From NCBI GenBank assembly GCA_016199085.1, contig JACQHJ010000004.1, forward strand, positions 16,926 through 80,925: a stretch of DNA of 64,000 nt. The letters are read 5' to 3'. Position 1 is the first letter of the stretch; each line of letters begins with the position of its first letter. A program made the position numbers and the translations under genes. The notes under the pieces are model-generated. The model did no database searches, was not told the origin of the DNA, and saw only the letters and a list, made by a program, of their open reading frames with translations. Of this stretch, positions 8,962-18,727 are shown piece by piece. This DNA is from Candidatus Levyibacteriota bacterium (GTDB lineage Bacteria > Patescibacteriota > Microgenomatia > Levybacterales > UBA12049).

Positions 8962-9591
8962 ATGCAGATAATCCCTGGTATCCTGGAAAACAATTGGGCA
9001 AAGATTGAGGAAAAATTGGAAATCGTTAAAAGCTTTTCAAATACGGTTCATATAGATTTAATCGATGGAAAATTTGCTACCAATACGACTTTTATGGATC
9101 CACAGCCTTTTTTGTCTTATTCTGGGGAACTTTTTTTAGAAGTTCATTTAATGACTGATAATCCGATACAATACCTTGAGCCTTTTAGTAAGGCTGGTTT
9201 TAAAAGATTTATCGGACACGTTGAAAAAATGCCAGACATTTCCGATTTTGTCGCAAGAGGACAACTACTTGGAGAGGTTGGGCTTGCCTTAGATCTTTCT
9301 ACAAGTATTGATAATCTTAAAGCCTCGTTTGACAACTTAGACTTAATTTTACTAATGGGGGCAGCAGCTGGTGCTTCAGGGCAGCAGTTTAATCCCCAAA
9401 TAATCGAGAAAATAAAAAATTTAAGAGCAAAAACAAATATACCAATTGAGATTGACGGGGGAGTTAGTGACAAAAATATTATTGAGATTAAAAACGCTGG
9501 TGCCAATAGGTTTGTAACTACGAGTTTTTTATTTAACTTACAAGATCCAAAAGTTTCTTATAAAACACTTAGTGGATTAATTTCCTCTTAA
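8962..9591 (+). CDS. rpe: ribulose-phosphate 3-epimerase-like protein
   Basis: HIDLIDGKFATNTTF (compare the Rpe motif HLDVMDG.FVPN.TFG), a TIM-barrel pattern, and adjacency to rpiB. Confidence 0.65.
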   Translation: MQIIPGILENNWAKIEEKLEIVKSFSNTVHIDLIDGKFATNTTFMDPQPFLSYSGELFLEVHLMTDNPIQYLEPFSKAGFKRFIGHVEKMPDISDFVARGQLLGEVGLALDLSTSIDNLKASFDNLDLILLMGAAAGASGQQFNPQIIEKIKNLRAKTNIPIEIDGGVSDKNIIEIKNAGANRFVTTSFLFNLQDPKVSYKTLSGLISS

Positions 9592-11912
9592 CGGATGGGG
9601 GTTAATACTGCGCTTGGACTTGCAATCTGACTACAGCTAACATTTGTCTCGGTTCCTTTAATAAAGTATTCGCTTCGTAATCCGCATTTTTTAACTACGA
9701 TATTTTCAGGCATTTGATAGGAAAGCGTATTAACGTTTCCAAGCAGTGTTGTCATAATTTTATTCCAAATTGGTGCTGCACCTGTAATGCCTGAAGCAAG
9801 GCTTTGGCTCATTGGAGTATTGTCGTTGTTTCCTACCCAAACTGCAACCAAATACGAGGGCGTATAGCCGATTGTCCAGTTATCTCTTTTGTTGTCTGTT
9901 GTCCCAGTTTTTACAGAAACGGTGTGCCTTGCAATATTTAAGGGAGAATTTGATCCAAATTCCCAACTTCTGGCTGCGTTATCGGATAAAATGCTTGAAA
10001 TAATAAAGGCAACTCCACTGTCAAGCGCTTGTCTTTTTTCAATTCCGTCTTTTTGGTATAAGACCTCTCCAGAATAGTTGATTATTTTTAAAATCGGGTT
10101 TACGTCGACTCTTTGTCCAAGATTTGCAACTGTTCCGTAAACGGTTGCCATGTCGGTCATTTTGACTTCTGCGGCGCCAAGTGTTATTGAAAGTCCGTAG
10201 TTCTCCGGGTTATTCCACGTTGTTATACCCATTTTCTTAGCAGTAGAAATCATACTCGGAATACCAATTTTGGCAAGAGTTTTAACAGCAGGAACGTTAA
10301 ATGAATTTGCAAAAGCAATTCTTAAAGGAACTCTTCCATGGAATGCTCCATCATAATTTACCGGAGAATAATCAGGAGCTCCGGCAACTCTGTAGGTTAC
10401 AGGAGAATCATCTAACGTTGTTGCAGCCGTAAATCCGTTTGAAAGAGCTGTTGCGTAAGTTACAACTTTAATCGATGAACCGGGTTGGCGAAGAGCCGTA
10501 GTTAGGTTGACGTTTCCGCCGTTTGGATCATTATAGTCTTTTGATCCAACCATTGCCAAAACATCTCCGTTTTTGGGATTTGTGACAAGTGCTGCTCCAT
10601 TTGTTAAGTTAAGGTATGCATTGCTATCCACTTCTGTTCTGACAATTTCTTGGGCCATATCCTGGGTTTTAAGATCTAAAGAAGTTGTGACAATAAGGCC
10701 ACCTTTTTCAACCATGGTTAAACCGTATTTTTTAATAAGCAGATCTTTGACATACATGACAAAGTGCGGTGCATAAATAGGAGTTGACGGAGTTTCAAAA
10801 ACCAAAAGCTCGGAAAGCGCATCTTCTGCTTCCTTTTTAGTAATAAACTTTAAGGAAACCATTTTATTTAAAACGTCTTTTTGTCTTTTTTTCCAAAGAT
10901 TCGGGTTTTCGCCAAAAGGAGAATAATCGCTTGGCGCTTGCGGCATTCCTGCTAAAAATGCGCTTTGGGCAAGGCTTAAGTCTTTAACGCTTTTGCCAAA
11001 ATAGCTTTGAGCAGCAGACTCTACTCCCCAGGCTGTTCCCCCGTAGGCAACTTGATTAAAATACATTTCCAAAATCTCGTCTTTTGAGTAGATTTTTTCT
11101 GACCAGAAAGCCAGAATTATTTCTTTGAATTTTCTTTCAATTGTCCTCTCCGGCGTTAAAAGCGTTGACTTGATAAGCTGTTGGGTTATTGTTGATCCCC
11201 CCTGAACCGGTTTTCCGGATAGGTTGGCAACTGCGGCTCTTACAATTGCAACGATATCAAATCCAGGATTTGTATAAAAGTCCTTGTCTTCGATTGCAAT
11301 CGTTGCATCGATAAGATCTTTGGGAACCTGTGATAAAGGAACCAAGGTTCTATTTTCATTGGCATAAATTTGGTACAACAGCTTTCCGTTTCTGTCATAG
11401 ATTTTAGTCGTCTGGGGAATTTGTCTATTTGAAAGTTGATTGGGATTTGGCAGGCTATTTAGAAAAAAATATGTTGAAACAGGCGTTACTACAAAAACTA
11501 CACAGATTAAAAACCCAAAGATAAAATATTTAAACTTGATCCATAAATGTCTTGGTTTTGGATAGACAGAGACGGCATTTTTCTCGATTTCTTTTAGCTT
11601 TGCTTTTTCTTTTTTTTCGAGTCTTTTTTTCTTTCGTCTTAACTTTCTTCTAAAAGTCTTAAGCGATAAAACGAGTCTAAATTTGGCAAGTTTTGACTTT
11701 GTATCGAGACTTTTGGCGCTTGAGGTTATTTTATTTTTAATATCACCCATTGCTTTAGCGCTAACGTTAACCAAGGAAAGAAGAGTTTTTAGAATGAGTT
11801 TTAAAAGCCAGAAAAAGATTATAAAGACGGCCTTTATGTAAAAAATCACGAAGTCTCCTATGGTTGCCAAGCCCACAAAAATAAAACTAATTAAAGGTAT
11901 TAAAAATCTCAT
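9588..11912 (-). CDS. class A penicillin-binding protein (PBP1A; glycosyltransferase GT51 + transpeptidase)
   Basis: GT51 motifs EDKDFY..QGGSTITQQL, and transpeptidase motifs in the C-terminal half. Confidence 0.9.
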   Translation of the reverse strand: MRFLIPLISFIFVGLATIGDFVIFYIKAVFIIFFWLLKLILKTLLSLVNVSAKAMGDIKNKITSSAKSLDTKSKLAKFRLVLSLKTFRRKLRRKKKRLEKKEKAKLKEIEKNAVSVYPKPRHLWIKFKYFIFGFLICVVFVVTPVSTYFFLNSLPNPNQLSNRQIPQTTKIYDRNGKLLYQIYANENRTLVPLSQVPKDLIDATIAIEDKDFYTNPGFDIVAIVRAAVANLSGKPVQGGSTITQQLIKSTLLTPERTIERKFKEIILAFWSEKIYSKDEILEMYFNQVAYGGTAWGVESAAQSYFGKSVKDLSLAQSAFLAGMPQAPSDYSPFGENPNLWKKRQKDVLNKMVSLKFITKKEAEDALSELLVFETPSTPIYAPHFVMYVKDLLIKKYGLTMVEKGGLIVTTSLDLKTQDMAQEIVRTEVDSNAYLNLTNGAALVTNPKNGDVLAMVGSKDYNDPNGGNVNLTTALRQPGSSIKVVTYATALSNGFTAATTLDDSPVTYRVAGAPDYSPVNYDGAFHGRVPLRIAFANSFNVPAVKTLAKIGIPSMISTAKKMGITTWNNPENYGLSITLGAAEVKMTDMATVYGTVANLGQRVDVNPILKIINYSGEVLYQKDGIEKRQALDSGVAFIISSILSDNAARSWEFGSNSPLNIARHTVSVKTGTTDNKRDNWTIGYTPSYLVAVWVGNNDNTPMSQSLASGITGAAPIWNKIMTTLLGNVNTLSYQMPENIVVKKCGLRSEYFIKGTETNVSCSQIASPSAVLTPIR

Positions 11913-11975
11913 AAAGCCGAGTCTAATTTAAGAGTTGATGGATTATACTATAGGTATAGAGTTTTTAAAAGGGGG

Positions 11976-14168
11976 TCATGGATTTGGTGTTGGCGATGGT
12001 TCTGGAGTTGGATGGGGGCAAGAAAGGCAATATTGGTCTCCGGTTGGATCGGTGTAAACGACTGCGTCTTTTAATTCTATGTTATCGGTCTGTCCTTTTT
12101 TAGCCAGATCCTGGGTGTTTTTATCTATCCAAACCTGAGTATTGCCTGGAGGCTGATTTTTAGGCTCGGATCCTTTTATGAAATATTCAAGTCTTGTCGG
12201 ACACGATGCCCCGCTTCCATCTGGCGGAGGAAGAGCTCCCGTATCTGAACAGACCTGTTTTTGGATTACGTCAGCAGGTCTTGACATTCCTTCGGGGGTC
12301 TTGCCTTGTAGAAGAAAGCTCATGATGTCATTCCAGATTGGCGCAGCCCCTGTTACTCCGGAAACTACTCCGCTCATTTGGGTATTGTCGTTATTTCCTA
12401 CCCACGTTGTAACCAAATACGAGGGCGTATAGCCGATTGTCCAGTTGTCTTTATAATCGTTGGTAGTTCCTGTTTTAACAGAAACAATTTGTTTTGGTAT
12501 TACCAGTTCTGAACTGCCTCCGAAAGCGGCGAGCCTTGCTCCGTTATCTTGTAAAATATCAGAGATTATAAATGCAACTCCGTCAGGCAAAACTCTTTTA
12601 CCAAAAATTGGGCTTGTTGGGGGATTGTATTCTTCCATGATTTTTCCGTTTTTATCCAAGATCTTAAGTATCGGATGAAGGTTAATTCTATAGCCTCCGT
12701 TGGCAAATACTCCGAAAGCTTGGGCCATATCTACCATTTTTACTTCTCCTCCTCCAAGCGTTAAAGAAAGGCCGTAATTATCAGGATCTGTAAAAGTGGT
12801 TATTCCCATAGCAGACGCTGTTGCAATCATTGCACGAAGGCCATTTACTTTTAGCATTTTTACAGCAGGAATATTAAAAGAATTACCAAGCGCAATGCGC
12901 ATTGAAACCAATCCGTGCCATTTGCCGTCGTAATTGACAGGACAATAGTCTCTTCCTCCCTGGTTTGGATAACATGTAGGCTGGTCGATAAAAGTAGTTG
13001 CCGCGTTATATTTATTAATTAGACCAGTGGCATAATTGATCGGCTTAATTGATGATCCGGGCTGGCGAAGGCTAGTTGTAATATTAACGTTTCCGTCAAT
13101 AGAACTATCAAAATAATCTTTGGAGCCTACCATTGCCAAGATTTCACCAGTGCCGGGGTGAGTTACCAGTGCTGCTCCGTTTGAAACCCTGTAAGATTTT
13201 GGTAGTCTATTGATTTGGGCGGCAACAGAGGCCTGGGCAGCGTTTTGGATATCCAGATCAAGAGTTGTCGTAATCTTAAGTCCTCCTTCCTCAACTAACT
13301 CTTGTCCGTATTTTTGGATAAGTAAGTCTTTAATATATAAAACAAAGTGGGGAGCTTCAATTTCATTTGAAAGCTTTTTGTATTTTAAAGGAGTGTTTTG
13401 GGCTTTTTGTCTTTGCTCTTTAGTTATAAAGTCCTCTTCTTCCATTGCTTTTAAGACTTCGAGTTGTCTTTGTTTGGCAAGTTCGGGGCGGGAGCCAAAT
13501 GGCGAATAAAGCGTTGGGGATTGGGGAAGTCCTGCCAGAAGTGCACTTTCTTCCAAATTTAAATCACTGGCTTTTTTTCCGAAATATCTCTGCGCTGCAG
13601 CCTCGACACCCCAGGCGGTTCCGCCATACGGGCTTTGGTTTAAATACATCTCCAAGATTTGGTCTTTGGAATAAATAAATTCGGTTGCGAAGGAAAGTAT
13701 TACTTCTTTAATTTTCCTAGGAATCGTTCTTTCCTGAGTTAAAAGGCTGTTTTTTACAAGTTGCTGCGTTAACGTTGATCCTCCCTGAAGTTGCTGTTTA
13801 AAGACAATTGCAACTGCCGCCCTTGCCATACCTCTAATGTCTATTGCGCCGTGTTCATAGAAGTTTCTGTCTTCAATTGCAATCGTTGCCTCCCTTACGT
13901 CTTTGGGAACACTTGCTAAGGGAACAAAAATTTGGTTTTTTTGATCATAGATTTGATATAAAAGTTTTCCGTTTCGGTCATATATCTGGCTTGATTGCGG
14001 AGTTGAGGTACTGGACAGTTTTGTAGGAAGTGGAAGATCTTTTAAGATATAGAAATAAAAGACAGCGGCAAAAATAAAAAAAAGAATAAGCAGAATTAAT
14101 CTAATTTTTGGTAGTTTCCCCAATTTTTTAAGAAAGGCGGTGAGATCAAAATTTTTCAATTTTCCCAT
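11976..14168 (-). CDS. class A penicillin-binding protein (PBP1A paralog)
   Basis: EDRNFYEH..QGGSTLTQQL. It is collinear with the downstream PBP1A gene. Confidence 0.9.
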   Translation of the reverse strand: MGKLKNFDLTAFLKKLGKLPKIRLILLILFFIFAAVFYFYILKDLPLPTKLSSTSTPQSSQIYDRNGKLLYQIYDQKNQIFVPLASVPKDVREATIAIEDRNFYEHGAIDIRGMARAAVAIVFKQQLQGGSTLTQQLVKNSLLTQERTIPRKIKEVILSFATEFIYSKDQILEMYLNQSPYGGTAWGVEAAAQRYFGKKASDLNLEESALLAGLPQSPTLYSPFGSRPELAKQRQLEVLKAMEEEDFITKEQRQKAQNTPLKYKKLSNEIEAPHFVLYIKDLLIQKYGQELVEEGGLKITTTLDLDIQNAAQASVAAQINRLPKSYRVSNGAALVTHPGTGEILAMVGSKDYFDSSIDGNVNITTSLRQPGSSIKPINYATGLINKYNAATTFIDQPTCYPNQGGRDYCPVNYDGKWHGLVSMRIALGNSFNIPAVKMLKVNGLRAMIATASAMGITTFTDPDNYGLSLTLGGGEVKMVDMAQAFGVFANGGYRINLHPILKILDKNGKIMEEYNPPTSPIFGKRVLPDGVAFIISDILQDNGARLAAFGGSSELVIPKQIVSVKTGTTNDYKDNWTIGYTPSYLVTTWVGNNDNTQMSGVVSGVTGAAPIWNDIMSFLLQGKTPEGMSRPADVIQKQVCSDTGALPPPDGSGASCPTRLEYFIKGSEPKNQPPGNTQVWIDKNTQDLAKKGQTDNIELKDAVVYTDPTGDQYCLSCPHPTPEPSPTPNP

Positions 14169-14229
14169 TTAGTAATCATAACATATTTTAGTTTTGCTCA
14201 AAGTTGGCCTAATAGATTATAATGACTTT

Positions 14230-15255
14230 ATGGATATAAATTCGGTTGTTTCCTCCGTTTCTATCGTAAGCCTTGGTTTAAACTGGATAGACATAATTTT
14301 AATTATTATAGTAACGATTTATGCCGTTGAGGGTTACTTTTTGGGCTTTTTTACAGCTCTGGTTGATTTCGTAAGTTTTATTCTTTCCTTTGTTTTTGGC
14401 CTCTCTTTTTACAGCGTTTTGGCAAATATTTTGGTCAAGTATTTTAATATTCCCCAGGGGTTTTCAAATGCGATCGGGTTTTTGGTGATAGCAATTGCCT
14501 TTGAAATAGTCTTTAGCGTACTTTTTAGAAGACTTGTTTTTACTCTTCCTTTATTTATTAAAACCGATTCAACTAAACACAAAGTTTTGTGGATTGAAAA
14601 TTTCCTGGGTATTATCCCGGGGTTTCTATCAGGCATAGTTCTAGCCTCTTTTATATTAAGTTTAATCATTGCCTTACCATTTTCCGTATTTTTAAAACAT
14701 TCTGTAACAGATTCAAGGCTTGGAAGTGTTTTGGTATCAAACACTCAGGTTTTTGCCAAGAATTTAAACGCTGTTTTTGGAGGAGCAGTTAACGATACGC
14801 TGTCTTTTTTGACAGTTGAGCCCCAGACAGACAAAAGTATTGACTTAAAGTTTAAAACCAAAAACGTAAGCGTTGATAAAACGTCTGAACAGTTAATGTT
14901 TAAGATGGTAAACGAGGAGAGACAAAGCAGGGGGCTTAAAGCTCTTGTTTTTTCAGAAAGCCTGGCGGTTGTCGGCAGAAACCACTGTAAAGATATGTTT
15001 ATAAAAGGATATTTTTCCCACTATACACCTGAAGGACTTTCTCCGTTTGACCGAATGGTAGAGGGGGATATAGCATTTAATTATGCAGGGGAAAATTTGG
15101 CGCTTGCGCCAAATGCAGACCTTGCCATGAAAGGATTTATGCAAAGTCCGGGACACAAAGCAAATATTTTATCTGTAAATTTTGGAAAAGTAGGAATTGG
15201 TACAATTGACGGCGGAATTTACGGAGAAATGTTTTGTCAAGAATATACAGATTAA
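14230..15255 (+). CDS. CvpA-family membrane domain fused to a C-terminal CAP/SCP (cysteine-rich secretory protein) domain
   Basis: N-terminal W-I-D..I...GY..GF CvpA pattern with 4 TMs. C-terminal CAP motifs HYT..GEN....G..N.L are present. The listed start at 14194 is a TTG, so the ATG at 14230 is preferred. Confidence 0.6.
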   Translation: MDINSVVSSVSIVSLGLNWIDIILIIIVTIYAVEGYFLGFFTALVDFVSFILSFVFGLSFYSVLANILVKYFNIPQGFSNAIGFLVIAIAFEIVFSVLFRRLVFTLPLFIKTDSTKHKVLWIENFLGIIPGFLSGIVLASFILSLIIALPFSVFLKHSVTDSRLGSVLVSNTQVFAKNLNAVFGGAVNDTLSFLTVEPQTDKSIDLKFKTKNVSVDKTSEQLMFKMVNEERQSRGLKALVFSESLAVVGRNHCKDMFIKGYFSHYTPEGLSPFDRMVEGDIAFNYAGENLALAPNADLAMKGFMQSPGHKANILSVNFGKVGIGTIDGGIYGEMFCQEYTD

Positions 15256-15256
15256 T

Positions 15257-16297
15257 ATGCAATACAAACTAAAAAGCGTAAAAAGTCCAAGAGTTAAAGG
15301 GAAAACAGTTTTACTTAGGGCGGATTTAGACGTTCCTTTTAAAAACGGAAAAGTAGAGGATGAGACAAGGCTCAATGCCTGGTTTGAAACCTTGGATTAT
15401 TTGGTAAGAAGCGGTGCAAAAGTAATTATCGCTGGGCACTTGGGAAGACCCAATGGGCAAGAGGAGGAGCTCAGCCTAAAACCAATTGTAAATATTATTG
15501 CAAAAAGAATAAACTCAAAACCAATACAAACAACTTTAAATGATTTTAAAGCCTGGAAGCTAGCTGAAAACGTTTTCATTTTGGAAAATCTGAGGTTTTT
15601 TAGTCAAGAGGAGGAAAACAATGAGGAGTTTTCTAAAAAATTGGTAGGACTTGCCGATATTTATGTTAACGACGCATTTGCCTCATCCCACAGAGCGCAT
15701 GCTTCAATAGTTGGAGTTACCAAATTCATTCCTTCTTTTGCGGGACTGCATTTATTAAAAGAAGTTGAGGTTTTATCCAAGATTTTGGAAAATCCAAAAA
15801 GACCACTTTGTGTAATTATCGGTGGGGCAAAAATTGAAACCAAGCTTCCTTTGGTTTCCAAAATGCATAATTTTGCAGATTTTGTTTTGGTTGGGGGAGA
15901 AATTGCAGAAAATACAAAAGTTCTTCTTAGAGTCCAACACGAGAAATTAAGCGGGAAGAGATCAATGCTTTTAGTTGCCGATTTAACCGAAGGGGGAAAA
16001 GACATTACCCAAAAGAGCGCTGAAAACTTTCTTCAAGTCGCCCAACATGCGGATACTATTATATGGAACGGTCCAATGGGGCTAATTGAGGAAAAAGAAT
16101 TCGAGAAAGCAACTGCAATTTTAGCGGAGGGACTGGTAAGTTTAAAAGCATATAAAATAGTCGGGGGAGGAGACACGATAGCTTTTCTTAAAAGACACAA
16201 TTTAATAGAAAAATTTGATTTTGCTTCAACAGGTGGAGGAGCAATGCTCGAATTTCTAGCTGGTATTAAGCTTCCCGGGCTTTTAGTACTGGAATAA
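15257..16297 (+). CDS. pgk: phosphoglycerate kinase
   Basis: RADLDVP..K..D..RL, AGHLGRP, the glycine-rich C-terminus, and the ATG at 15257. The listed 15197 start overlaps the upstream gene. Confidence 0.9.
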   Translation: MQYKLKSVKSPRVKGKTVLLRADLDVPFKNGKVEDETRLNAWFETLDYLVRSGAKVIIAGHLGRPNGQEEELSLKPIVNIIAKRINSKPIQTTLNDFKAWKLAENVFILENLRFFSQEEENNEEFSKKLVGLADIYVNDAFASSHRAHASIVGVTKFIPSFAGLHLLKEVEVLSKILENPKRPLCVIIGGAKIETKLPLVSKMHNFADFVLVGGEIAENTKVLLRVQHEKLSGKRSMLLVADLTEGGKDITQKSAENFLQVAQHADTIIWNGPMGLIEEKEFEKATAILAEGLVSLKAYKIVGGGDTIAFLKRHNLIEKFDFASTGGGAMLEFLAGIKLPGLLVLE

Positions 16298-16342
16298 TTT
16301 CCTCTTGGTACTATATTTTAATCTTTGTTATACTAAATTTGT

Positions 16343-17416
16343 ATGATACACACTGCCATTAACGGATACGGAAGAATAGGAAGAGTAGCTCATAGGGTAA
16401 TACTTGAAAAATACTCCGATCAGGTTGAAATAGTTGCCATAAATGCAGGATCTTCAACAGATATTAAGGGATGGATGTATCTATTAAAATACGACACTTC
16501 ATACGGCCCAATCTATTCTTTAGACGTAACTTATCAGGAAAAAGAAGAAAATTCCCCATACCAGGATTTAATAGGCTATTTACTTATTGATAACAAAAAG
16601 ATTCCGGTCTTCTCCCAGAAAGATCCAAATCTTCTTCCATGGCGTGATTTAAACGTTGACGTTGTTATCGAATCAACAGGTCATTTTACAGATGAGGAGG
16701 GCCTTAAAAAACATATCGGAGCCGGAGCAAAAGCGGTTGTTTTATCAGCTCCTGTAAAAGAGGGCAGTATTCCAACCTATGTCTTATCTGTTAATGAGAA
16801 AAACTACCAAAAAGAAAATATAATAAGTAACGCCTCTTGTACGACAAATTGCATAACTCCGGTTGCAAAAGTAATGGCGGAAAACTTTGGGGTAGAGAAG
16901 GCAATGATGACAACAATCCACGGTTATACGTCTGATCAAGAGCTTCAAGATGGTGGACACAAAGACTACAGAAGGGCAAGAGCAGCAGCGCAAAACATCA
17001 TTCCAACCTCAACCGGCGCAACAATTGCTGCAACAAAAGCTCTCCCAGAATTGGCAGGTCTTTTTAGTGGCCTTGCAATTAGAGTCCCTGTTGCCGTTGG
17101 GTCTTTATCGGATTTTACTTTTATCTTAAAAAGAGAAACGACAAAAGAAGAGGTAATAAGTGCATTTAGAAATGCAGCCAAAAACCCAGTCTTCGAGGGA
17201 ATATTGTCGGTAACAGATGATCCGATAGTTTCATCTGACATTATCGGCAGCTCATATTCTTCAATCGTTGACCTAACGCTTACTCAGGTCATCGGCAATA
17301 TGGTTAAAGTAATTGCCTGGTATGACAATGAATACGGTTATGCAAATAGACTAATAGAAGAGGTAATAATGGTCGGCAGCACTCACCAGTCAGTTCCTCA
17401 GGCAAAAGCTTTATAA
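16343..17416 (+). CDS. gap: glyceraldehyde-3-phosphate dehydrogenase
   Basis: INGYGRIGR, the active-site motif SNASCTTNC, and WYDNEYGY. Confidence 0.9.
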   Translation: MIHTAINGYGRIGRVAHRVILEKYSDQVEIVAINAGSSTDIKGWMYLLKYDTSYGPIYSLDVTYQEKEENSPYQDLIGYLLIDNKKIPVFSQKDPNLLPWRDLNVDVVIESTGHFTDEEGLKKHIGAGAKAVVLSAPVKEGSIPTYVLSVNEKNYQKENIISNASCTTNCITPVAKVMAENFGVEKAMMTTIHGYTSDQELQDGGHKDYRRARAAAQNIIPTSTGATIAATKALPELAGLFSGLAIRVPVAVGSLSDFTFILKRETTKEEVISAFRNAAKNPVFEGILSVTDDPIVSSDIIGSSYSSIVDLTLTQVIGNMVKVIAWYDNEYGYANRLIEEVIMVGSTHQSVPQAKAL

Positions 17417-17478
17417 AATACAAAAATAGCTTCAAAATTGGTATTTGAATTTTTTAAAAAAGTTGTATAATAAACTTC

Positions 17479-18024
17479 ATGAAAAAGCTCTTCTTGATAA
17501 CTTCTTTGCTTTCATTTCTTTTAGTTAATCCTTTAATTTCATTTGCCAAGGAAACAAATGCAACTCCCTCAGCAACTATACAGAGAGTACAGTATGAACT
17601 TCCGTACCCTGGACTTTTACCCGATAACCCTTTGTACTATTTAAAAGCAATTAGAGACAATGTCTTAAAGTTTTTAATTTCCAATCCTCTTAAAAAAGCC
17701 CAGTTTGATCTCTTGCAAGCAGATAAAAGATTAGGGGCTGCAAGCCTTTTACTTGCAAAACAAAAGCCCGATCTTTCAATAACAACCCTTTCAAAATCTG
17801 GGAATTATTTTGACGACGCAATAGTAAGTATTCAAAAAGCTCAAAAAGAGGGAGACGACGTTAACTCGACCCTTGATCAGATGCTAAAATCCTCCCAAAA
17901 ACATCAGGAAATAATTTTGAATATGCAAAAAGGACAAAAGGGAGATACTCTTTTAAACCTGAAATTCTTAGAACAAAGAGCCAAAGATTTCCAAGAAAGG
18001 GTACTTATAATTAAGTCACAGTAG
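17479..18024 (+). CDS. secreted protein of unknown function (signal peptide; LPYPGLLPDNPLYYLK motif)
   Basis: N-terminal signal peptide and no catalytic motifs. Confidence 0.5.
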   Translation: MKKLFLITSLLSFLLVNPLISFAKETNATPSATIQRVQYELPYPGLLPDNPLYYLKAIRDNVLKFLISNPLKKAQFDLLQADKRLGAASLLLAKQKPDLSITTLSKSGNYFDDAIVSIQKAQKEGDDVNSTLDQMLKSSQKHQEIILNMQKGQKGDTLLNLKFLEQRAKDFQERVLIIKSQ

Positions 18025-18183
18025 ATTGTTTTTTTGTCACTTTAGAACATTTTTTATATTCTTTATTTTACTGCTTTCCAAGGCTTAGTAGAACTTTCTT
18101 ATTCAAAATTTTGGTCTTAAATTTTTCGGCAAAAAACTGAAGCTAAAAATCATGTTGCTATATTTTGATATAGATATTAATAG

Positions 18184-18234
18184 TTGACACCTTAGTACTA
18201 GTGCCATATGATTTTTCTGGCACTATATCTAGCG
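18184..18234 (+). promoter_or_regulatory. sigma70-like promoter with two tandem NrdR-box-like palindromes
   Basis: The -35 is TTGACA (18184-89), followed by a 17-nt spacer and the -10 TATGAT (18207-12). Box A is acaccttagtactagtg (18187-18203). Box B is ggcactatatctagcg (18219-18234), resembling ACACTATATATAGTGT. The box centres are ~31 bp apart. Confidence 0.6.
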
Positions 18235-18276
18235 TTTTAATCTGCAACGTAATACAAGACTTAGCGCCAGTTAGAT

Positions 18277-18726
18277 ATGAAGTGTCCATATTGCGGAAGC
18301 AAAGATACAGAAGTAGTAGAGACTAGAGACAGCGAGGATTTAGAGACGATTAGAAGACGAAGAGAATGTTTAAGCTGCAAAAAGAGATTTACGACTTACG
18401 AAAGAATTGAAAACGTCAACTTAATAGTAATTAAAAAAGACGGAAGAAGAGAACAGTTCGACAGGGATAAATTAAAAAGAGGAATCTTACAGTCTTGCGA
18501 GAAAACAAAAGTATCTCATGAAGACATAGAGAAAATAGTAACGGAGATTGAAAGGGAACTAAGAACCGCCGATTCGGTTGAAATTGAAAGCAAGAAAATC
18601 GGCCAAATGGTATCGGCAAGATTAAAAGTGTTAGATAAGGTGGCGTATATTAGATTTTCTAGCGTGTTTAAAAGATTTGTAGACGTAGAAGATTTTGAAA
18701 AAGAAGTAAAGAGGTTAATAAAATAA
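18277..18726 (+). CDS. nrdR: transcriptional repressor NrdR (Zn-ribbon + ATP-cone)
   Basis: MKCPYCGS..CLSCKKRFTTYER, plus an ATP-cone. Confidence 0.9.
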   Translation: MKCPYCGSKDTEVVETRDSEDLETIRRRRECLSCKKRFTTYERIENVNLIVIKKDGRREQFDRDKLKRGILQSCEKTKVSHEDIEKIVTEIERELRTADSVEIESKKIGQMVSARLKVLDKVAYIRFSSVFKRFVDVEDFEKEVKRLIK

Positions 18727-18727
18727 T

